Source of the DNA: Callorhinchus milii
Lineage: Eukaryota
Assembly: GCF_018977255.1 (NCBI RefSeq)
Contig: NW_024704743.1
Location: forward strand, 25,050,001-25,114,000
Direction of reading: 5' to 3'
DNA: 64,000 nucleotides
Under the pieces are notes generated by a model. That model saw only the letters and a program-made list of their open reading frames with translations, did not search any database and had not been told where the DNA came from. Shown here piece by piece: positions 47,901-62,282 of the stretch. A program made the translations under genes and the position numbers. Each line of letters starts with the position of its first letter. The first letter of the stretch is position 1.

Positions 47901-49354
47901 AGTATAATAGTTTATTAGCATTTCCGAGTTTGTAAATACATCGTTTCAGTGCAACATGCTTCGCTTGCTCTACAAGCAGCAGTGAGACGAGTTGCAACAC
48001 GCACAAGAGAAACAAAAAAAATCCTTTCTCGGCAGCAGTGAAAGCGATTTGCTCTACAGGATGTTTGTGCACACGTTTTCTGTTGGGACTCCTCAATTCT
48101 GCTTCTCAGCAGTTTTGCACATGCTTTGTTTGCGTCCCATCACCAGGCTTACCTCACTATTAACTTCACGAATCTTGGGTGTCTGTTGTTCTGTGACAGG
48201 TGCCTTGCCCGTACTTGTATAGAATGGCTCCTAAGGTCTCTGGGAGTGGAACACAAAAAGGAATTTTTCAACACCTTGTATATCATTAGCTTTAAATTCT
48301 TGCGGGGAGGGGAAAGCGAGGGATTTTCACATTTTGCCGTGGATTAGATCAGTCCTAGTGCTTCACAAGGTGGAGTGTGGCGAATGCAACTGGTCAGGGA
48401 CACTGCAGTCAATCATGGCATGGCAATGTGTGCTGTGTATGTAACACACTTCAGTTAAAAAATTAAACTGAGCTCTCTATAGATATGTATTTACATCAGA
48501 GCAAATGGGAAAGAGCATTTAAGGCCCTTGTAATCTTTTTTAATGCCTTTTTGTTGATGTTGAAGATAGTACATGTAGGGGTGGGGGGGTGGTTCAATTA
48601 TCACTTTGACCAAAAGAAGTCAAAAACAGTATAGTTATTATTGTTCTGGAGAGTGATATACCCCCCCAGAGTGTGGTGATTATTGATTTACTTTAATGCA
48701 ATTTTGGTTCCGTCATATCACCTATCATAACATCACATGTCCCATAAAATTGATAGGTGCAGTAGCCATAATGGTTAAACCACAGTCACTCACCATTTGT
48801 TCAGTCTTGGGAGTAAAGGCTCAAAGGGTACAGTCTAATTCAAAGGTCAGTTAATACCCTTTCTGTCTGCCTGCCTGCCTCTGGATATAAGCCAAAAATA
48901 TTGCCAGTTTCACAAAAGGCAGCTTAGTGACTCAGTGGACGATAAATAGCAGACAGTCTGGATTGGTGGCACGTCCACATGTACAGTTCCCTTTCATCCA
49001 GCGTTTTAAAAGTGTTATTCCTAAAATATCCATGTCCTCTTGTGCTTGTTCTCCTTTCTTTGACTGTGAGGCAATGGGTAGCACGCTGCCACTTTAGACT
49101 TCAGTGTGTGTGATGGAGCCTTGGAGTGACGTACTGAGTTTACAATTTTTAGAAAAAATAAATTCTGTCTCTTCCACACCTCACTGGATTGTGTGGTTGC
49201 AAATATAGATTTGTGATGTGGGCAGCCATAGGCAGGAGTCGTGCCTGCTCCTCCCTGATGCAGTGCTGGTGCAAAGGTTTTATGAAGATTTACAAAGAAT
49301 GTACAGCAGGGTAACAGGTTACTTCGCCCAATCATTCCGTGCTGATGTTTATAC

Positions 49355-50182
49355 TCCCCAAAAGTCTCCACCAATTCCTTACCTCCAAAGCCCTCCGCGG
49401 TCTTGCTCACCCCTACCTCTCCGACCTCATAACCCCATCAGCCTGTCCGCTCCCTCCGCTCAGCAGACACCGGCCTGCCTCAGGTCCTCCACACTTCCCG
49501 CTCCATCATTAACAGTCGAGAATTCAGCATCTCTGCCCCCACACTCTGGAACTCTATCTCACAATCCCTCTGCCTCATCCCCTCTCTTGCCTCCTTCAAG
49601 TCCCGTCTGAAGACTATGCAAACTCATTGCTTGTCGGCCTTCCCAACTCCTCACTCCATAGGTTGCAGATCATCTAGAATTCTGCAGCCTGTGTCCTCTC
49701 CTGCACTAGGCTTCATGACCCCATCACCCCATCCTTGCCCAACTCCACTGGCTTCCCATCACACAGATGATACCGTTCAAGATCTTGGTCCTCACCTTCA
49801 AAGCTCTCCACAGTCTTGCTTCCCCTACCTCTGCGACCCCCTAACCCCCTACCATCCTGCTTGCTCCCTCCGCTCAGTGGGCTCCGGCCTGCTTCACGTC
49901 CCCTGCCTCGCTCATCCCCTGTTGGCAGGCGGGCCTTCAGCCATTCTGCCCCCACCTTCTGGAACTCTAACCCGCAGTCCCTCCACTCCCTCCCTTGCCA
50001 CCCTCAAGACCCATCTTAAAACCCTCCTCTTCGACTGTGCTTTCGATCTCCCTGCTTCCCCCCCACCCTGCCCTTCACCCTCCCCGACCCCCAGCTCGGA
50101 TCTGTAACTGTGTCCAGCGCCTTGGAACGTCCTCCCGATGTGAAAGGCACTATACAAATGTAATTGTGTTGTTGTTGTGTTG
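49355..50182 (+). mobile_element. Two tandem L2 LINE 3' fragments
   Basis: The C-terminal region occurs twice (49355-49612, 49615-50182); ends AGCGCCTTGGAACGTCCTCCCGATGTG...(GTT)n. Confidence 0.82.
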
Positions 50183-50675
50183 TTCAAAGTGTCAGCCTGC
50201 TGCCCAATTCCCTGATAGTCAAAGCACAAGTACAAGAGGGCATTGCTATTGTAGGAATAAAAATTAAAAAATGCTGGGTAAAAGGGAATTGTTCACAGCA
50301 TGTGGACGTGCCACCAATCCAGACTTTTTGGGGCCTGTAATACCTGTACCATGCCTCTACTAATTTTTGCACATAAAGTGAAGAAATAAAATCTACTTTA
50401 AATTACAAATAGAAACCTTAGTTCTGAAAGTTAAGTGCCCCAAGATGCCATGTGGCGTGAAGGGCAAGTTGTTATATTTTAACCATTATCTCGCAGACTG
50501 AGATTCGTAATCTAAATAAAATCTAAATAAATTAGCCCAGCCCCAGCTCGTAGGAGATGAAGGACCAGGACTCAAACAGAGAATCCAATGTAATCGGTTG
50601 AGTTTGGAACCTCATACTGTGTGAGTTTTGAAAACATGCTAGGGAATACCAGAGCAACTAAATAACTGAATAGAT

Positions 50676-50785
50676 AATAACAATAACCCTTGCATTTGAT
50701 CCAGCACCTTATCATGCCATTGAGATGGCTCAAAGTGCTTCATAGAATATACTGTAAAGTGAATTGACTGCATTTTGTGGGCGAA
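50676..50785 (-). mobile_element. SINE 3' tail
   Basis: AATAACCCTTGCATTTGAT...ACTGTAAAGTGAATTGACTG...GTGGGCGAAA. Confidence 0.75.
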
Positions 50786-53700
50786 ATTAATTTGCCCTGA
50801 TATTCTCCAGAGAGTTGCATTGTAATTTTCCTGTATCAAGAAGGGGGATATTTAGTGGTGTTTTTGCTTCTCCAAATATAAGGATTATTTCTTGGGGGCA
50901 GGGGAAGTGAAATTGAGATTGTATGGATCAGTGAGGTAGTTCAGATGGATGTAAATGTGGAACCAGTGATGATTTTTCTAGGAAGGAATCAGTACATCAA
51001 ATTTAGTATAAAAATGGAATAAGTGGGGCAGAATCTTCTGCTGGTGCTCATTTGCTTACTATAATATACTGTTTCCCATATTTTTTTTCAATGTATACTA
51101 TCTAAACATTGTAGGTTCTAAACAAATGTTCTTCATTACACAGGCCAGCCCTAATGAGGTGTCAGGTCTGAGATGTGCATGTGTAGTAGGGGCAAGTATG
51201 AACATCTTAGGCTGGTGGATATCCAACCATTGCTATCGAGAAGCCACTTTGGGTAAAATCAGGCAATGAATAGGCTCATTGTCTTCATGGACATGGTATT
51301 GAGGGTAGATTTACCCTGGAGAGTGGCAGCTCTATTCCTGTTATTGGGTTGTGTGGTGTAAAAGAAAGTCCTTTGTTGAGTCTTCAACTGGTATGAATGT
51401 GCAGCAGTGTTCTTTGCCCTGTATTGTCAATGAGACCCTATTACAAGGTGTTTAGTTTGGTATTGGAGAATAGTGCTTCAATGGCTCATGAGCCATGTAG
51501 AAAATACTTGTGTTGACAAGTACAGCAGATGTTCCATAAATGCCCAACAAAGGCTGTTTGAAGTTAGCTATTTTACCCTCTGTGATATTGTAATGGGAGG
51601 TTAACACAACATTGTGTACTACAGATAGGGATCTGTGGTGAATGTAAAACTACAGAGACCGCATCTGGGTGTCAATTTGACACACTGTATTTTGGCAAGC
51701 TTCAGATGCACAACATGTTGCTATACCTCGTCATTGAATATCACAAAGGAGATCTAGGCTAGCATTCACCAACAGTTTTGTTAACTGCAGTGAAATAGAA
51801 AGGGGAATTTCAACAGCGTACACTATGTAAATATTTACCAGCAAGTGAATGCTCTAGTTTGCCTTCCATTGAATGTATAAATGCAACTGCACAAAGTTTT
51901 GTTTGGTGAGGGCATTTAACAAGTATACTGGCACATTTCAATTGTCACTATTGCCAACAATTTTTATCTTTACTCTTTACATTTAACTAAGCAGGAATTT
52001 TAAAGGAATAAAGTTACATTTTAACTAGACCTCTTTAATAATTCAGGATATTAGCCCTTTTGTGGGCTGAAAGACTTTGTAAATGTGTTTTATTCCTTTT
52101 TATTTTTAAGAACAATCGAAATATTTCAGACCACCAGTCAAAAGTGTGTTTTCAACTAATGCGCTCATTACACCTCCTCTGTTTTAATCTTTTCCTTTTT
52201 TGTGATTTCTCCAGCGCTGCATACCATTTCCAGGGAAATTTCCCAAACCACACACCCTTGCAGATCAGTAGGATAGTTGCACATTGCTTTATTTCACAGC
52301 TTAACGGAGAAATGATGACATTTTTTCCCAAATGGAAGTTAACTGTTATGAATGAAGAGCAGCCCTGTATATGTAGACTGCAGAACTTCTGACATGCAGT
52401 GCAGTACTGACATGAGAGACTGAACACTGTTTAGCCTTTCATTTTTTTAAAATCAAGAAACTGTTCGTAATACAGCACACGGAATAAGGAATGCAAATAT
52501 CTATGAATTTACCAGACTGCCAGGGATTGCAATTGCCAAATGTACTAGATGGGATGCAAGACCGTGTGTTTTATTCCCCAGCTATGCTCTTATGGAACAA
52601 TTTGAGGATCTTGGTCAAGACTAGCGTTTCAGATTTTTTTTGTAGGAAGTACTGTACATGGCTGTGCATTGTAGTATTGATCAAAATTGGCAAGTAGCTT
52701 TATTGTTCCATAGGTTTGGTTGCTGACTTCCATCTACCCACGTAATAGTGGGATTGGTTACTTTGTCCTCTTGGTTAATGAGATTGGTTGCGAATTCTCT
52801 CCCAACTCTATTTTTAGATAGATTGTTTTCATGCTCCTAGACTGTATACAAAGTTACACCCAATCTGATTAATGTGTCATGAACTACTTTGCCTTTTAAT
52901 ACTATAGTGATGGTAGGCAGTAAAGCAGACAGCAATTCAATACTTCGGTAAGTTCCCTCTGATCGGATTTGAGGTGTTATTAAATAAATTAGGCTGATGA
53001 CCTTTAAGTAAACAAAGTATTCCTATCACATCAGCTTTGTTCTCAAAGTCAAACATTGTTTGTATTTTATGGACCTTAAATCCAGTAAGCACAAACATTG
53101 CTGTTCTTTGGTGACTGCATTTTCCCACATTTGCAAATTAAGGTATTCCCTTCATCTTCCTAACGCCCCCGCTCCCACCCCTCTTCAGGCCTCTTGAGTC
53201 AACATTTTCGATGCAATAACTGGGCTCAATTACGAAAAGCTGTGACAAAGCAGCAATGGTTCAATTACCTTCTAATTTTACAGTTTCAACGTTTCGTCAC
53301 CTTTCCCTGTGGACAATCCTTCCTCTAGACTTGACCATGCACTCACCTTATATGAGGATTTGAAGGAATCAACCGGTCTACTGCCTTGTAATGTGAATTC
53401 TGTTACTCTAATATTCTCTCACTTTTCTCAACCTCACACAATTGCTCCCTATAAACATGACACAGGGTGTAATTTGCTTCTTTCCTTATTGCCAACTTTA
53501 TTTACAGTGAGACCTTGTGGTTATCATGTTGTCACAACATGTTATCCAACATCTGGCGATGACCGTAAAACAATCTCTTCTGTGAGAGATGAATATTCCA
53601 TATGCATTGTGAAGATCAACAGCAGGGAATAAACTTTTTTTTGATTGGCCTGAATTTCCTCTCCCTCCTCTTCTTTCCTCTCCTCAATGCTGACGTTTGT

Positions 53701-53914
53701 CGACAGATCGTATCAAGGAGCAGGCCCCTCTCACTGAAGCGTCACTCAAATATCAATATTGATTCCTCACTTGTGTGCCTAAGCAGAGAGAGTTTGACAA
53801 CCTAATGTAACCTGTGCTCTAGTGAAAGAATAACAGCCAAGCCTGATCCTGAGGAATTTCAGGAAATCTCAAAGAATGGTGGACAAAATTATGATATTCC
53901 TATAGTATAGTTCA

Positions 53915-54075
53915 CAAGTATACAGTGCCTTCCATTTTGGGAGGATGTCCCAAAACGTTCCACAGTGCTACCTGGGTACCCGAGCTAGGGTTGGGGAGGG
54001 GAAAGGTAACCAAAAGCATAATCAAAGACATACGTTTTGAGGTGTGCCTTGAAAGAAGGGGAGGCAGGAAGTGAG
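53915..54075 (-). mobile_element. L2 LINE 3' end
   Basis: GGGAGGATGTCCCAAAACG tail and CCCGAGCTAGGGTTGGGG. Confidence 0.7.
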
Positions 54076-54086
54076 TCTCATATAAG

Positions 54087-54246
54087 AGCATAAAAGAAAT
54101 AGAAGCAGGAGTAGGCCATTCGGCCCCTCGAGCCTGCCCTCCATTCAATAAGATCACGGCTGATCTTCTAACCTAATTTCATTTACCTGCCCTATCCCCG
54201 TATCCCTTAATCCCTTTAGTTTTTAAAAATCTATTGATCTCAGTCG
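54087..54246 (-). mobile_element. CR1 LINE 3' end (shark type)
   Basis: AGCAGGAGTAGGCCATTCGGCCCCTCGAGCCTGC...; minus translation EINRFLKTKGIKGYGDRAGK. Confidence 0.85.
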
Positions 54247-55169
54247 GAAGATTTGTGGATTTTCTTAATTGAAGGAACAGTTTTTCAAATGTGCACTTAC
54301 TCCCTCTGACAATCCAACCAGGAAAGTCCTGTGTGCTCGGGTGACTGCGAAGTGGCACAAACAGTAATACTGTGTTTGGTCTGTGATGCGTAAATGTACT
54401 GTAAAATGTGCTGCAGAACAGTGACAATGTACAGGAGATGAAGGCCTGAGAGCAACCTGTGATAACAGTGCTACCAGAATTCTCCCCTTCCCCACCACCC
54501 CCATAGCTTTCAATGGACAGGAAGATGATTGTACCAGTGGAAAGAAGTTACAAAATCTTGGCTGGGAAAATACACATAGGTCACAACTCCACATTTGTCA
54601 ACAGTGAACTTTGCACTGACCTGGCCCATTTAACTGTATTGGCTGTTTTGATAAACTCCGTTAATATTAACTAAGCTTGTCTAATTCTGATGACGTCCCA
54701 CTTCTGACATTTTGTGTGTGTGTGTGTGTGTGTATGTGGGTGGTGGTGGGGGGGAAACATCTCACAGCTAGGCTGTATACAAATATAATTTGTTGTTGCT
54801 GATATTACGACAGTGAGAATGATAGTGTGTAACATTTGAAACCTCAGATCATGACGTTTCATTTTATGAATGCACACTAACCTGGGTAAGAACACCAATT
54901 ATTTTCTGTATTTATACTCACTGCCAACTTTGTTTTAACTCTATGTTAATTTACAACTTTCCTCGAGACCTCTGCAGATACCTGGTGCTGAGAGTGCATG
55001 AGAGTAACTTTAGATAAAAGTGCTTACTAGCATTCCCTCCCCATGGCTGGCAAAAGTGAGCATGTTCACAAGATTCAGAAAAGGAAGGCCCTTTGGCCAA
55101 GTTGATCTTCTGATATATCCACTGTACCATCTTCCCATTACAATAGCAAATCAAATAATATGTAATAAA

Positions 55170-55537
55170 TATAATAATCTTTGCATTTGATATTATCACC
55201 TTTTCGAGATGTCTCAAAGCGCTTCACAGAATATACTCTAAAAGTAAATTTGGTGGATGAAATGTGGCAGCCAATTGCACACATCACTGTCCCACAAACA
55301 ATCGTGGATCAAAGAGACCAATTCATTATTTTTTTTTGGAAGGAATTATTACCCCTGGAAAAGCGATCTGCCAATCGACTAACAACTGGGTTCCTACTTA
55401 CTGCTAGGTAAACAGAGATGTGTGGAGTAATAATATATAATAATCCTTGCATTTGATATAGCGCCTTATCACGTCTTCGAGACGTCCCAAAGTGCTTCAC
55501 AGAATATACTGTAAAGTGAATTGACTATATTTTGTGG
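55170..55537 (-). mobile_element. Long-form SINE (55170-55428) directly followed by a second SINE tail (55437-55537)
   Basis: Two successive TAATC(T/C)TTGCATTTGATAT tails; the first carries the long-form insert. Confidence 0.85.
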
Positions 55538-56529
55538 GGGGGGTGGGGGGGGTGTAGGCAGTGATAATATCAGTGTTAGTATCATATGCAGCTTTCTTTC
55601 CCCGCCCTGCTCCACGTTGAAATTAAACAAACAACTTTCCTTCTACATACCTGATTCATTTTCCGTTCTATTTGAATCATTTTGGTACCATACTGGGAAA
55701 CTGAAAGAAATAGTTTAGTTAACTTAACTGTCATTGTGAGATATTAGGTGACTATTATGTAGTGAAATCCCACGAATTCTATTATGAAGTATAATAAAGA
55801 ATATATAAAGAAGTATTTGAGCTGGGGTTTATGCTTGCCCTTGCCCTTAGGTATGCAAGAAACCTAACATGAAGAGGATTGTACATGTTCAGTGGTTATT
55901 GTTGTGCACACTCCAGTAATGGAGCTTGGCTTAGGAGATTGCACGGTAATCATGTAAAGGCTTCATTCCGAGGTTGTAAATTGAGCAGACTGCGCGCCTG
56001 ATTGTAGTTGATTCTCTGCTGGCAACAGCAGAGCCACTCCAGACTACAAAGAACGTGTGCGGGTATGCCTGCTTTGTACAAGTGAATGGATATCTTACAA
56101 ATTTGCCTCTTACGGTTGCAGCAAAACAAATCGCATCTGCTTAAGATATACCGCCCACGGTTTTCAGGCTGCGTTTCCTACTTTCATTTCAAGCAACGAA
56201 ATAGTTTGTGATCCAAACAATTATTTACTGTCATTGTTAATACAGGGTTGTAGCTATAAACTAGTGCTACATTCTCAGCTTTGTAGAGAAAGAAAGAACT
56301 CTTACAAAGAAAGAACCCACCCCCCCACCCTCCCCGCTATGTCAACCTCAAATAATGACAGTCAAATTTATTCACTGTTGAATTTGAGGCAAATGAGCCA
56401 GCTCCTATTGCATAGCAAGATCCAACATCCAGCCATGAAGTGAATGACTGATGAATGTACGCTGGGGGAATTGGTAGCCAGATGCTAGAAAAACTTACTT
56501 CTCTGAATAATGTCACAGGATCTTTAATC

Positions 56530-56640
56530 TCGCCCACAAATATACAGTCAATTCACTTTACAGTATATTCTGCGAAATGCTTTGAGACGTGTTGAAGACG
56601 TGGTAAGGTGCTATATCAAATACAAGGCTTATTATTATTT
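56530..56640 (+). mobile_element. SINE 3' tail
   Basis: TCGCCCACAAATATACAGTCAATTCACTTTACAG...GCTATATCAAATACAAGG. Confidence 0.85.
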
Positions 56641-58132
56641 TTATTAAATGTTGGGTGAATATGTGGAAATGTTTTAATTCACAGAGAATTTAACTTGAGA
56701 TAAGCTGATGAGTTTGGGGAATTGGGCAAATCACCTCTGGAGAGAATGGAGTTGAGAGGAGACTGTAGTGTTGGTGACATATGACCTCTTTATAGCAGAT
56801 ACAGCAATTTAGCAGTGATAGAGCGATCCCTCTCATTCTGTAACATGACTGCACATAAATTAGTCTTGTGCTGGGGCGTGTTGTTACTACCATTGCAAAG
56901 ATTTACGGTGTATCAGAGCCACAAGCGCAATGCAGCACTAGGCACGCCATTGTAAAGACTACTGAACACTTTAGTGTACAGAGCACTCCCTGGCAGTGGC
57001 CGCTGGTAGCTAACTAGCCCTCTGCAAACTCTTCGAGATGTGCAAAACTCGACATGCTAACAAGCTGTATAACTGGTTTCCCAAACACGTTGTTCAATTG
57101 TTGCCTGTGTTATGTCAGCAAATGCAGTACAAGAATATCCCTATATACTGCAATTCTTTTTAGAAAAAAGTCTTTGATTTATAAGGATCCAAGAATATAT
57201 TCTGGTGTGGATTTGCATTCAGTCCAAGGGACTAAGCAGGAATAGGCAAGAGTTTGTGTAAAGAAAGAGAGAACATTTTATTTATATTGCTCATGTGCAG
57301 ACCTGTTATTATGCGGGTGACACCCCCCACCCCCCCCCAGAAATGCCTGTGTTTGGTCAGAAGCCCTGACAGACTGGAAGAGGATTCTTCCACTTAAGAC
57401 AAAGGCTTCATTTATTATAATTGTACAATCCATTTGTTGTAATTGCGTTTTGTTATAATTGTGCAAGGAGAAGAATTTGTTGGAATCTTTCTGATCAAAG
57501 AATACCTGTTGTGCATAACTGTTGTGGATCAAATCCCAAGGTTAGACATTTATCTACAGGTGCTGTCAATTATCCAGGGGTAGTGTCAAGACTTTCTTGG
57601 TAATTCAATATTAAATGCAACCCCATGTTTATCATAGGTATGAAATCAGTCGGAAACCATTTAATATTTGGAGCAGCAAAATTATACATTAAATGAACCA
57701 TTTCTAGACCAGCCAGGCCTGGCTTGTCAGCAGGATTTTGAGAACAGATTAGATGCAGGTATTATTCCTGCTCAGCTCCTGTTAACTCTGCAAACTAAAG
57801 TCTTAACAGATAGGGTGGTTCTCACAGGACAAGTAGCAGGAAGCTTATTAGACAGTGTTGTCATTGGCAAGTTATACATTGGCAAGTTATTTTAGCTGGC
57901 TACATTCTGAGTGCATTAGTCCCTTTAGTGCTCTTTTGTCCCTAAGTCTTAGTTTGGCTTCGAATCTTCAACGTTGGGATTTGGAGCTCGTAGACTCTTA
58001 GGCTGCCACTTGAATGCACCTCTGTGGGAGGCATTTTCGGAGGTTCATTCCTTCAGATGAGACATTAAACTGAGGTTCTATCAGCCTTGATTTTAATGCA
58101 TTTCTTTTGCTTATGCTCACTTAATGGGTAAA

Positions 58133-58310
58133 AAATAATAATAATCCTTGCATTTGATATAGCTCCTTATCACGTCTTTGAGACGTCTCAAAGCGCTTCA
58201 CAGAATATACTGTAAATGAATTGACTGTATATTTGTGGGCGAACGCGGCAGCCAATTGCGCACAGTAGTGTCCCACAAACAGTCATGGATTGAGGGACCA
58301 ATTTATTATT
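58133..58310 (-). mobile_element. 5'-truncated SINE
   Basis: Tail plus GGGCGAACGCGGCAGCCAATTGCGCACAG body. Confidence 0.88.
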
Positions 58311-60454
58311 TAATGATATGATGAAATGATGGAAATATTACAATTTATTTCAAAGGAAACCTCTTCCCTGGACTGATACCTGATCAAAAAGATGCCCTGC
58401 ACATGTGTAATTATTTGCATAAAGAAGCTAAAGGAGCACTTGGTGGGAATTGGGTATGATACTGCGAAAGAGGGTTTGGAAACTCTGCTAAATTTGTTGG
58501 CATGTTGGCCAGTGCGGTAAAAAAGATTGTGTTCTGGCCTCGATGTTAACTATTCCAATGGTCTCCTCAGCTCCACCGTACACAAAACCCAATTAATTCA
58601 AAACTCTGCCACCCGCCCAAAACTCCCATCACACCAGTCCTTGCCAGGCTCCACCAGTTCCCAGTTACTGAACTAATCGATTTCAAGATCCTCTCCCTCA
58701 TTTTCAAATCCCTTCATGACCTCGCAGCTCCCTACCTATCTATCCTTTCTATTGTAACAAACATTCATCTATAAATAGTCACTGCACTTTCCTGTAAATT
58801 CTGTGAAGTACTTTGAGATGTTTTTGATGATGTGAAAAGTGATATCAAACGCTAGTATTATTATAATTTATCCTCATCTTACTGAAATGGTCTGGCAGCA
58901 GATCTGAATTTCTTCTGCAGTCTTGGTGATGTTTGTGTGAAATTATTGCTTCCATTGTGCTTCTTTGGTGCTTGTTGAATAATATGTTACAAGAATTTCC
59001 TAAAGCAAACGCCTCCTCTACTGAAGTTGCTGAAAGCAATGCAACTGGTACTAAAGAGCTTCCTCAAATAAGCTACAGTGACTGGCCCTCCTGCAGATGG
59101 GTTTATTCCCACTTGTCTCCCTCCAAATCCTGCCAATCTGCCAAGGTGCCTGGGTGGTTGGTCTGTCGTCAGCAGTGCCTTGGAGTACAGTGGGTTCACC
59201 TGACTCGGGGTCGGGCCAACTGAAACTGCCACAAAGAACTGACTTAACAAAACAAACCTTTCTGCCAGGTACAGTCATTGTTATCCAGTGTGTTGTGTTT
59301 TTGGATTTGAAATTTAGGCATCCAGTATTCTGGATATGTTGTAGTTGTGCACAATTGCTTCATTGGTCACTGGATGAAATAAAGCCAGGCTTTCCAGGAT
59401 TCGGGATTTAGATACAGACAGTGGTAGCCTCTCCATTGCCTCCCTCTCATACTGAGGACAGATATGTGGTTGATCCTCAAACACAGCTCAGGGCTGCCTT
59501 CCTATGGATGTGTGCTTTTTCATGTCAGTGTGAAACATTTTTTTGTGTGTGTGCGTGAGAGCGAGGAGGAGGGAGGGAAGAAACCATTGCTAATACAGAA
59601 CTTTTAAGGGTGCAATTTTTTTCTTTTATAGTAAGTATGTTATTCTCAATCACTTTCCAATGGGAACACACCTGGAAACCCTCTTAAATTAAACGTTGTT
59701 GTATAAATTTCAGCAGATGCAGAATTTTTTTCCCACTCTAGAAGACCTTTTGTTTCAAAAAGAAATATGGTTAATGGAATCGAGGAGCTTATTGAATAAG
59801 TTAACCAATTGCAAATAAACTCCACCCAGTTACCCAGTAGCAACTGCCAGAAGCATTTTTCAGAAGCTGACATTTAGGATTTTTCTGCTGTGGTTTAAAA
59901 AAGAAAATGTTCCTTCCAACACAATTAATAACTGGAAGCAAATGTATGAATTGCAAATGGCATCCCTTCTGTTTCTTTCCTTTGAATCTGCACTTGATAC
60001 CAAGACGGCTTGAGCCTAGGCAGGTGTCACTGCTTATAATAATCCTTGCATTTGATATGTGGAACAGATACCTGCCTTGGCCCTATTCCCTACCCCCAAA
60101 GGTTAAGGGCAAGTGAGTTGGTAAGAATATTGGGACTTGAACAGGTGATCCATTTTACTAGTCTCTCCTCTACTTCCAGAATTGCACGATTACCATGAAA
60201 TGAGGCCTTTCATTGCTATTTTCTGATGAGGAAAAACTGGTCAAAGAAAGTTTTGAGTTTTTTTTTAAGTAAAGGAATGATTACTTATAGTTTTCTGACA
60301 ATCCACCCTTGTTGAAACTTATTTTGAAATCTTGGCGATAGATTTCAATAACTAGGCAGTGGAGAGTGACCAATGGATTTTAAAGATTGTTTGTTAGGAC
60401 GCGGTCATAGCCTAGTCTGTTCTGCCAGGGAGATGTCGTCCTTTGGATGAGCAT

Positions 60455-60572
60455 TAATAATAATAATAATAATAACCCTTGCATTTGATAAAGCACCTTA
60501 TCATGTCTTCGAGACGTCTCAAAGCTCTTCACGGAATATTCTGTAAAGTGAATTGACTGTATATCTTTTGGG
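60455..60572 (-). mobile_element. SINE 3' tail
   Basis: (AAT)n-CCCTTGCATTTGAT...CATGTCTTCGAGACGTCTC. Confidence 0.85.
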
Positions 60573-61704
60573 CATTACACCAAGGTTCTTTCTGTCTGCT
60601 GTTCTGCAGACAGATGTTAACGATTACATGAGAAACAAGTTTCCTGGGTAACAATTCACATGAACACAGCCCGTGGATTTCCTCAAGCAAATCTAATAGT
60701 TTTATAGTTTTTCTAATGAAGGGAAAAGGCACACAATATATCAGTGAACTACACAGACTTTGGGATGTTGTGGTACTTGCAAACATATTGACAAGCCCAC
60801 TGTGCTGGAGAGTGTGGAAAATCCATTGTTGTACTCATTTTTAAATGATAGGAAAGAGTTTTAATAGTCGCTGAGTTTTTAGGACGATTGAAGCAGCCAC
60901 ATCATTTCTAAATAAAATTACATATGCGAGCAGCCAGTCTGACGCAATGGAGAGCACGTTAGAATTTTCTGGGTGGAAGGGAAAGGGATAGAAGTCAACA
61001 CAAACTAGAGAAGGGAGGTGATGGAACTGGGTATGTCATGAGTTCAAGTATCACCCTGAAAGGGATGCTGCTGAGATTATCAGATCTGGCCCAGCTGATC
61101 TATTGCACAAAAACTTCATTGTCCTCCTTATTTATTCTAAAAATTTAGCAACATTTGTTTGGCCTTGAACGGGCCCAGGGGCCAATGGTTTGGTGTGGGT
61201 GGGGAGAGGGGACTTCCCAAAACCTTTCTGCAATAGTTTATTTAAACCTCTTGACAGCTTTCTAAATCTATTCCATATTTTCCATTGAGTGTTGTTTGCA
61301 CTAGTGTGCGTGTTTCTTTTGTGTAAAATGTATTGTTTAACATTGTAAAGGAGACAAAATGCTTTAGGAATCCTTGAACGTTTCCTAATCTAGGGCATGC
61401 ACTGAACTTGGTAGGTTTGAACTACTTCCTCCTGAGAGCGACTGACTAAGCAGTTCATTTGTTAGTTTATTTGAGATTGGCTTTTATTGCTGAGAATTTG
61501 CTCCTGTGTAGAGTCAAAGTAAAAGATATTCACTTGTGCATTTGGTGCCTGATTATTGAGCAGTGCCATAATGTTTATGAGGTGTTATATCATAGAGCTA
61601 CATGTCTTGTTCACATAATTATTTAAGAAATGCAAGTTTATTGCGACAAACACCTTTGCAGTACAGGAGTTATCAGTCTGGGTCTTCCAGGAAAAGAATT
61701 AATA

Positions 61705-62282
61705 AAATATCCTTGCATTATATATTGTCCTATTCACATTGGGAGGATGTCTCAAAGCGCTTCAGTGGATTTACTGTAAAATAATAGGTATACGGGACCT
61801 CAGTTTGACATCTCATCCAAAGGCTGGCACCTCCAACAATGCAGCACTTTTCTGGAGTCCTGTAGCTCAGTGGTTAGAGAACTCGCCTCGCAAGCGAGAG
61901 ACCTAAGTTCGATACCCGGCAGGGCAAAACCTTGGGCAAATTTCCTTACTCCACACGTCTGATAATAATCCCTAGACCCCAAAAAGCAATAATAAATTGG
62001 TCACTTCAATCCACGACTGTTTGTGGGACACTGTTGTGCGCAATTGGCTGCCTCGTTACGCCCACAAATATACAGTCAATTCACTTTAAAGTATATTCTG
62101 TGAAGCGCTTTGAGGCATCTCAAAGACGTGAAAAAGCACTACATCAAATGCAAGGATTATTATTATTTTCCAACACTCCACAGCAGTGTCGTCATAGAAT
62201 GAGAGCTCGAAATCCAACTCGGTGTTTGAACCAACAAACTACCCGACTCAGAGGCGAGATGAAAGTGCTCTGATTGAGCCAT
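61705..62282 (-). mobile_element. Old SacSINE1-like SINE interrupted by an opposite-strand younger SINE
   Basis: Tail at ~61705-61780 and CATCTCATCCAAAGG...CAATGCAGCACT; resumes after 62167 to the head GACTCAGAGGCGAG...TGAGCCA. Confidence 0.65.
61854..62167 (+). mobile_element. Full-length SINE (short form, CGC anticodon)
   Basis: GGAGTCCTGTAGCTCAGTGGTTAGAGAACTCGCCTCGCAAGCGAG...CAAATGCAAGG(ATT)n. Confidence 0.93.
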
